Source: the human T2T-CHM13v2.0 reference genome, Homo sapiens. From it: a DNA stretch of 64,000 nt. Shown piece by piece: positions 50,798-64,000 of the stretch. The position numbers and the translations under genes were made by a program. Each line of letters begins with the position of its first letter. Position 1 is the stretch's first letter. The stretch lies in NCBI RefSeq assembly GCF_009914755.1, contig NC_060942.1, one strand, 5' to 3'. The notes beneath the pieces were generated by a model that was not told the DNA's origin, searched no databases, and worked only from the letters and a program-made list of their open reading frames with translations.

Positions 50798-52647
50798 TGT
50801 GGTTGGGAGTGTGGGCTTTCTTATCCATGCAGAGGAGGGTCATGAATGCTTTCATTGGGGACATCATCAAATTTGGGCTTTTCCCCCCTTTTTGTGGAGG
50901 ATGGGGTCTTGCTATGTTGCCCAGCCTGGCCTCGAACTCCTGGGCTCAAGTGATCCTCCTGCCTCTGCCTCCCTAAGTATTGTGATTACAGGCGTGAGCC
51001 ACCACACCTGGCAGGGACATCATCAGAGCTGTGCTTTCAAATGCTACCCAGCTGTGTGTGCAAAACGTACTTGGGTTGGGGGACCATGTGGGGTGAGGGG
51101 CACAGGAGGGACTCACTCAGGAGACTGGCAGTCCGTGCCAGAATGGAGGGGGATGCCCAGCTGGCAGTGGAGGGTGTGAGCATTGGGCCTGGGACCGCAG
51201 TTCCTCCTGCTCCACAGGTTCTGAGGACGTGGAGATTTGGCACTGAGCGGGGATCTGTGTGCTCCTCTGTTGAGGGTATTGCTAGAAAGGACCACGTGTT
51301 GCAAAAGAAGTTGAATTAGTTCATGGCCTGTCATTTGGAGGTTATGGCAGGATTGCTTTTATCTGAGAGACATTCAGGACCTCATTATTCATCACCTGAT
51401 TGTCGGAAATTAACTATAACCCTTCATGTGGGCAATGGAGTCCATTATTACGGAGGTAATCCAAGTTTTTAGTTTTATTGCAAATGTTTGCCTTATGGTA
51501 AATAAATACATTGTATATAATTTTCATTTCTGTAAAGCTTTATTGTTTCAAAGCTTTTTCCTTTTTTATCCTTTCAATGTCTGGGGGGCAAAAGAGGAGC
51601 AAATGTTATAAATCTTAGTTGATATTTGAGGTAACTGAGGATTAGAGCAGGGTTGGGTCTTGTCTGATGTAACTGATCTTTGGCCAAGCTGGGACTAGTG
51701 CACCTCAGTTGTTATGGATGATAGAGATAAGTTTATTGTTCATATAGTTTCCATATCAGTATAATTGCTTCATATTGAATACTGACGGCTCAAGAAAGGC
51801 CGTGGTGCCTGGGTACCACCTGGTAGGCATCCAAAGGATGCTGCTGTTGCTCAATGAATGGATGAAAAAGCATGTGTTTTTAGCTTGTCTTTCCTTCTAC
51901 TAAGAATCACGTGATCTGGGTTGGGTTTTCAATTTTCAGTCATGGAGACTATAAATTTGAACAACTGTCCATGGCTTGTATTTTTTAAATGGAATTGTGA
52001 GAGATATAGTCTTTGAAATTGGTTTTTTTAAAATAAAAAATTCATATGGGGTCCCACCATGTTGCCCAGGCTGGCCTCGAACCCTTATGCTCAAGCGAGC
52101 CTCCTGCCTCGGCCTCCCACAGTGCTGGGATTACAGCCATGAGCCACCATGCCTGGACTGAAAATGGTTTTTAATACTCGATGAAAAAGCAGTAGCTTGC
52201 AGCTAAAATGATGTGATACAGTAGGTTCTAGTTAAATCAACCAAAGTAATGATGTAAATTGTAATGTAGATTACTTACTTGGCAATCTCAGTGTGACCTT
52301 TACATGTTTTTTGCTAAGCTGTAAGTGACTCTCTGATCTATGACACAGCTTTCAAATTGCGAGGGTTCATGTCACGCCACTATAGAGAAGAGTTTGGTGT
52401 TACCAAGAGGATACAGTGACCAAAGATATAACTGTTGTTTGAAAAAGGTGAATACTAAACACATAGGGAATTATTTTAATATTAATTGTGTGGCTTCTTT
52501 GAGAATACCATGTCTGGTTTTATATTTTATTTGCAAAAATTGATTGAGGCAAAGTGAAGTCTTTTTGAGTCGTGGGCTAGCTTATGCCCATGTTTATTAT
52601 TAAGAGGACAAGAAACACTGCTTAACCCACAGATCTTAAGTGTTTTA

Positions 52648-53366
<719 letters not shown>

Positions 53367-53808
53367 TTAAAAAATGGAAAAAATCGTGAACAGATGTCAG
53401 TTGGGTTCCTCTTCACCCCAAAAGTCTATATATGTGTCTCATTCCTCTTGAAGTACAGGAGTTGTAGCAGCCCCAAATCTTCCCTGTAGACGGGCAATTC
53501 CCAAGGCTTAGTGTCCTGCGGCCTCCTAAGTTCTGCGCTAGCTCTCTGAACCACTCTGGGTTGGCCGTGGTATCAAACCTTATACCCTCAAGTTCTCCAA
53601 TAGAAGTACAGTCCCACAAGCCTGCATAAGCTGTGAGGACTTTACTGATGACTGTCAAAACACAAATGACTTAAAGGACATCATAGTTGTCACCAACCTT
53701 AAAAGTCCGTTGGCCACCCTGATTTGTCCTGGAGAAAAGCTCCTCTTTCCTTCTTACCCCTCATGGCCACCTCCTCCATCACCGCTCCCATTTAAGAGCA
53801 AATAAACA

Positions 53809-54088
53809 CATTCATGTTGTATAATAGTATGTATTAGTAGTTGATTACTTCTTGTTGTTGTTTTTTTTAAGAGACAGTGTCTCATTATATTGCCCAGGCT
53901 GGTCTCAAACTCCTGGGCTTAAGTAATCCTTCCTCCTTAGCCTCCTGAGTGGCTAGGACTCCAGGTGTGCACCACTGCACCCAGCTGTAGTTGATTACTT
54001 TTTGTTGTTGGATAGATTCCTGTGTGTGTGTGTGTACCATCGTTTGCTGAAGACATGCGGTGACATACAGAATGGGGAAAATAACTTT
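53809..54088 (+). repeat. Dispersed direct duplication B, copy 2
   Basis: Same junctions as 49211-49509 (GTAGTTGATTACTTTTTGTTGTTGGATAGATTCC and TTGCTGAAGAC..AAAATAACTTT). Confidence 0.85.
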
Positions 54089-55608
54089 GCATCAGTTCTT
54101 CTCTTTATCTCGCTAAGCAGCCCCCTCCCCTCCTTGGTGCTGTCCATCCCTCCAGGCCTGGAGGTGGGTTGGGCTCTGGCACTTTCTTCCAGAAACACCA
54201 TGCCCCTTCTGAGCAGAGTACAGGCGAATGAAAACATCTGCACCTCACTATGTGAAGTGTGAATTTCAAAAACATAGTAATACTGTGTTAGCCTGGACTA
54301 TGGAAGAAATTTGAAACTAGGTTATAATGTTTGGGTCCTTTTCCTTCCATATGGTCATAAATTAGAACAGAAATATAAGTGTTCCTGTGTTTTCAAATCT
54401 AGATTTTTTAAAAACGAGAAGAAATTTTCCGAAAGGAAGAAACTATGTTTAAATCTGCAAAGAAACTCTTAATGTCTCCAGATTTTCGATGCTTCTGAGT
54501 GACTGGCACCGTTTACAGGCGTGGCCTGTTTAAGAGCTTGTCAGCATCTGTGGCCTTCACCCAAAGGTCTGAAATTGATTCCAAGTGGGATGTCACGGCC
54601 ACTTCTCTTGATGTACAGGATCTAAAAGCAACACTGAGAACAGTGGATGGGCAGCTACATGCTGAAGTGTGGCTGGAGGATGTGGCACCTGGGAAGAGAA
54701 AGCACAGGGTGACCAAAGTCCTTGAAGAGGGAGGGGTGCCGGTGCTGCAAACCAGTGAAAGCCCAGGTCAAGGGAAGAGCAGGAGAAAGGATGTCAGTCA
54801 TTCTTGTGACTTTTGTAGGAGAACTTGGGCCATTAAAAAAGAAAGGAAGTAATCAAAATAGAGTTGTTCAGCAGCTCTGAATAGAAAGGGTTGGATCACA
54901 AGTCCACGGAGGGAGGGTCGCTTCATGGTGAGCACCACGCTCATGGCTCAGGCCAGCAGATGTTCTCATGGCCGTGCCGTGGGAACACTCGGGGAGCTGA
55001 TGAGGGAGGGATCGTGAGACCAGTGTTCTGTGATTCTGCCTCCAGGAATGAGGAAACATGATGTCAGTTTCAGAATGGGATAGTATAGAATGTATTTGGC
55101 TGAAACAGCCTGCAGCAGCAATGGCCCTCCCCAAAATAATTCTTTAGGAGGGTGTGGGCCTCCATCAAGTCTTCGATGGTTCAGCCATGCCAGTTAGCTA
55201 AGGCTCGTGGGATGCCCCACACTCACTCCCCACCTCCCCACGCTTAGGGCAGTGCCTTGAGTTTTGTGATGCGTCTCCCACAGTGGAAGGCATGCATGAG
55301 CTATATTTCAAGGGGTTGGGCGCAGCCTGCAGTTGGAGATGATGTCATTTTTAGCCATGTGAGTTTGCTCAGAAGGAAGGTACGGCTCTCCTAGCAAATC
55401 TAAGAATAACAACTTCACTGTCTGCTGCAGCCAAGTTGGGACCAAGCCTCGCAGCAGAGCTGCTGTGGTTTTCTTTCATCACCTTTCTTTTGGACTGTAG
55501 AATAGTTCTGTCTTTTGGGATATGGGGGGTGATAAATTGTGGGGAAAACTTCTATTCATTACCCTATATGATCAGGGCAAAAATACTGAGAAGTGAAAAG
55601 GATTTTAG

Positions 55609-57303
<1,695 letters not shown>

Positions 57304-57344
57304 CTAAATTAGAACACTGAAGTCAACTTTGTAAAAGTGAATTG

Positions 57345-58025
<681 letters not shown>

Positions 58026-58847
58026 TGAAAAGAATGAATTACTGTGGCTGGAATGAACTGCTCTGTGGAAACTTAGTGCAGTAGCGGATTCCGGGTAACC
58101 CAACCCAGTCTGCCCTGTGTGAGAATTGGAGTCTTCTGGCAATGCTCATTTTCCTTCTTTGGGGCAGGCAGTTCTTCCCCCCTGCCTGGCTAGGGTACTT
58201 CCTACCATCCCTGGGGAAACACCTCCTTTCTGGTTTCTTCCTCCATCCTCCCGGCTCCGTTCCAGTCAATACTGTGTTCCCACACACATGAATGGAGCAA
58301 GAAGAGCTGGCTCCAGGCCTCTGGGGGCAACCAATGACTGGAAGGAGAGGGATTTACTAAAAGTCGGCTCTCCAGAGAAATCCCATTAAGCGAGTGTCCC
58401 CAAGGGGGCAACGGGTTTTGGTTCTGTGCAGTTTTAGTAGCCTGTGTCAAAATAAAACCCAGGTCAGTGCTGTAAACACAAGGCAAGGAGCCTTGCCTTG
58501 TGGAGCAGCTGGCGAGATGGTCCCCTGGGATGATTCCCTCTGGGACATGTGGGTATTTTCAGGGAAGATTCCATTCGTAGGTCTGGAATGGATGTCGGGG
58601 GAGAGAGAAGATGGGTTGATGGGGGTTAGGGATCAAGACGTGAACAGATGCGCGCCTGCTGCTGATTACTCAACAGTCTCATGAATCCCCAGCGCAGCCC
58701 TGTCAGGTAGAATATTCTGCGATGATGGAGATGTTCACGCTGCCCAACACTGCAAGTGCGGCCACTGGCATTTGTGCTGTTAAGTCTGTGAAATACACTA
58801 GTTTGACTGAGGAACAAAATGTTCAATCTTAATTGGTTTAAATGTTA

Positions 58848-59483
<636 letters not shown>

Positions 59484-61779
59484 CTAGTATATTAATTTTT
59501 AAAAATGGGATGTTATAGTGAACAAAACCAACAGGAATTCTATCCTCATGGGGCTTACAGTCTGGCAGGGAGGACAAACACGGAGTAAGCAAACACAAGT
59601 GTGAACTGAGGCGTGTTATGAAGGAGGTCTCAACTTGAGTCAGTAGAAGGAGTCTTTGTGGGGGTGACATCAAGTGGAGGTACTGTCATTTTGTTTTAAC
59701 AGGGACACTTCCAGTCATATGGTCCCTGGACGCTGACACAACTTTTCCAGGACTTTTTTTTTTGACACCTTCCTTCTCATTAGAATCTCCTGGGCCAGTC
59801 TAGTGTCTTGACACGGTTGCTGAACCCATTAAAATGGGAAACCCTTGTTTTCACCTCCGAAAAGGGTTTTAGAGGAAGAGGCGGGCAAAGGAGACTTGGC
59901 TGGAATGGGGGAGAGTTCACAGGGGCGAGGCGGCAGGGCGACAGGCCCAGGGTTACAGCCCCAAGGGCCGCCCCCGCCCATACCCAAGGCAGCTGTGGAC
60001 GGGGCTCTCCAGAGGGCTGGGGCACCATCACAGTCACAGCCGAGGCTGGGAAGGGAGCCAGGGCTGCAGCCGAGTCCGCCCCTCCAGCGCTGCGCAGCCC
60101 CGCCGCCTTAACTTTTCCTCTGGCTGCGGGTCCCTCGGCTTGGCCACCCCCACACTGCAGTTAGTTGACTGATTCTGTATCGAGTGAGCATCTCCCGTGT
60201 GCTCACAGCCCGGGGCCCCTGGGGATGCTTGGGCCGCCTGTCTCTGTTTCATGTCCCCTGCCTGGTCCTCTTAGGAGGGTGGCCGATTCCCTGAAGGGAG
60301 GAAGTGGGTCCTGGGTCTGGGGCTTTTCCACTTTGGCTGCACTTGACAACGACTTGGGGACTTTTAGAAAGGTACGAGCACCCTCCACCAATTAAGGTAT
60401 AATTTTGCTGAAAATTCCTTGGCATTTTCTAAAGCTCACTAGCTATTTTCCTGCAGTGCCTTGGGTGATGAAGAGGGTGACCCAGAATCCTCCTTTGTTG
60501 CTCCCCATCCTCTAGGAAAGCTTCTAGCTGGCTACTGTCTTAGTGGGAACCCCTTTCTGCTGGGAAAATCCCAGTAGGGATTTGGGATTGGACAACCCTT
60601 TCATCTCCACCTCCCCCTGAGCTCCCAACTGAGCCCGAGGGCTGACTAGCAGGGCCCAAGGCCACCTCTGAGATCCAGCTTTGTCATCGTCATGCGACAT
60701 CCCTAGGGAGCTTTCTCACCGCAGGAGGTGGCTGCTGATGGATTCCAACTGTTGATGCCAGCCAGGAAGTCCTCTTCCCCATGCTAGACTTGAAAACTTG
60801 TCAGGAGCGCCTCAACCTGAACTCCCTTGGCCAGAAACTCAACAGCAGGCAGATTAGACGCGGAGCAGGAGTGGGGAACATGTGTAGAGTGGGAGGGGTG
60901 GGGGCTCCAGGCTCCAGGGAACTTTCCTACATTAGGAGCTGGGGAGCTGGCCCCAAAATAAAATTGCCTTGAAAGAAAAGAACAAAGTGTGTTGGCACAG
61001 CAAGGCCTTTCTTCCGCTCTGGGGCATGACAGAGGTCACAGCCCGCTGCTGGGCTGGAGTGGGGGCCGTTCCTCTTCAATGGGCACAGGAGTGTGCTCTG
61101 CCTGGCCTGGCTCAGCCTCCTCTGAGACAGCTTCATGCAGGCCTGGGCCGTCATCTCCTGGCCGATGAACAAAACCCGAGAGCAAACACATTTCACATTC
61201 AGTCTGAATGCTCAGAGGAACCACGTTTTTCTGAGATTACACATTCTTCCAGCATTATGCTCTACTTGAGAACGCAAAACAATCCAGCGCAATGATGCTT
61301 TCTTCCCTTTTTACATTTCCAAGGACCACACAGAGGACTCCTGCTAGGTGGTGGTGGGGACCGAGGGCTGGTGTGTACCTGGCCACGGGTGGGATGCTCA
61401 GGAATGGGTTGGCCGAAGTGGGGGTTGCCTACCTTCTTACCCAGCCCTTAGGGCCTTCTGGAACATCTCCAGGTGGGGCCGCTTCCTCCAATGTAAGGCA
61501 TCGCCTGAGAGAACGGCTGTGTGGGGTGCAGGGAGGAGGCTTGGGTTTAACGGCCCTGCCCCTTCCGGGCTGTTTGAACTTGGATAAGTCGCTTAACCCC
61601 ATGAGCCTCTGTTTCCTCACTTGTGAAAAGGGGAAAATGTATAGTAGGGCCTTGGTGGAGGTGGACAGCAATGAGAGAAGGAAGAGCCTGGAAGGTCTTT
61701 CCTCTCCTCATCCTCCCAACTGCCCGAGCAGCCCTTGTTTTTCCATTTTACTACCAGGCTTCCTCTTCAGTTTTCCTTG

Positions 61780-61930
61780 GAAAAGGCTCTCTGGAGCTTT
61801 CTAACATCTGCATGCCTGGCTGCCACCCCAGACCCCTTAAATCAAAACCTCTGAGGGTGAGACCCAGGCGTGGGTATTTTTTCACAGTTTCCTGGGTGAT
61901 TCTGATGGCTCAGGCTAAGAACCACTGCCC
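61780..61930. mobile_element. MER5-like hAT-Charlie fragment
   Basis: AAATCAAAACCTCTGAGGGTGAGACCCAGG...GGTGATTCTGATG...AGAACCACTG. Confidence 0.55.
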
Positions 61931-61948
61931 TAAAGATCAAGGCAAACA

Positions 61949-62540
<592 letters not shown>

Positions 62541-63319
62541 CCAAAGGAAACAGGGACAGTGGAAGGTGCTAGGAGGTCTAATGGGCTTGGCGGGTCCTAG
62601 CTGTCGGCAGGGCCCTCTTGGGATTCTGCAGGGTGCCTAGCCAGTCCCAGCGGGGTGGATCCTATACCCAGAGTGTAATTGTCAGTGTGTGACCCTCGGG
62701 GAGGATGTCAAAGGTCCCTCACATGTCAAAGGTCCAGCACATGATTTGTGCTTTCCTCAGGGAGGTAACTTTGAAGTCCACCTGCCACAGGGCTGGTGCT
62801 TGGGAGGGAGTTGCTTTGCTGGGTAACCCCGCTGCTGCTATTGTCCCGCCTCCCCCCATGGGCAGCTCTCAGCAACCCTGAAAAAGTGACACTCAGCCTA
62901 TTGCTTTCTGGGAATTGGCTCAAGAAGAAGGCCAGCTGCTGGTGCTGGTGTAAGAAATGAAGAGGAGCTGAAGAGCTTCAAGAGAGATGATTTGCAAGGC
63001 AGGAAATCACAATTGGGCTGAAGTAGGGAGGCCCCATCCTGTGTGGCTGTGGCTTTTGCCTGTGCTGTGAGCAGGGGCCGCTGCGGGGGCTGAACTCCTG
63101 GCTCCTTCCCTGGTGAGCCCGGGACTGCAGGGCTGTCAAAGTCTGTTGTGGGCCCAGGCCCGGCCTTGAGTCTGGAGGACTTTCCAGCTCACTGCAAAGC
63201 TCTCTGTGTGATATTCCAGGGCATGAGGGGATGTGCACTGTCAACAGGACTTTTTGAGTGCTTCCAATTCTGCTTCCTGATTTCTGTCATTGACAGTATG
63301 AACCAGGGCATCTTTGTAA

Positions 63320-64000
<681 letters not shown>

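Noticed and set aside
62705-62743. 18-bp tandem duplication (ATGTCAAAGGTCC..CAC)x2, and similar short ones at 46127-46153 and 50668-50690
   Set aside because: Ordinary slippage duplications with no supportable function.

Overview
This is primate, almost certainly human, genomic DNA containing the 5' end of EMILIN2, which from established knowledge lies on 18p11.32 next to SMCHD1. A CpG-island promoter at about 26.0-27.8 kb is followed by coding exon 1 (signal peptide, 26832-26965) and exon 2 (start of the EMI domain, 27452-27574). The rest of the window is intron 2. Upstream is a near-complete HERV-L (MLT2A) provirus nested in a MER50 LTR, itself nested in a MER82 DNA transposon. The upstream region also has an older ERV-L fragment, a mitochondrial ND6 NUMT, a dispersed 279-bp local duplication, and unique stretches that may be decayed exons of an unrecognised gene. 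Intron 2 holds a 10.7-kb antisense stack: an L1PB1-like host containing an Alu, a full-length L1PA4-like element and an SVA with an apparent 3' transduction. Most short ORFs in the track are Alu, L1, SVA or GC-rich artefacts. No CRISPR array, tRNA or rRNA was seen, and I cannot demonstrate a new biological system from sequence alone. Repeat subfamily names come from recalled consensus sequences and need RepeatMasker/Dfam confirmation.
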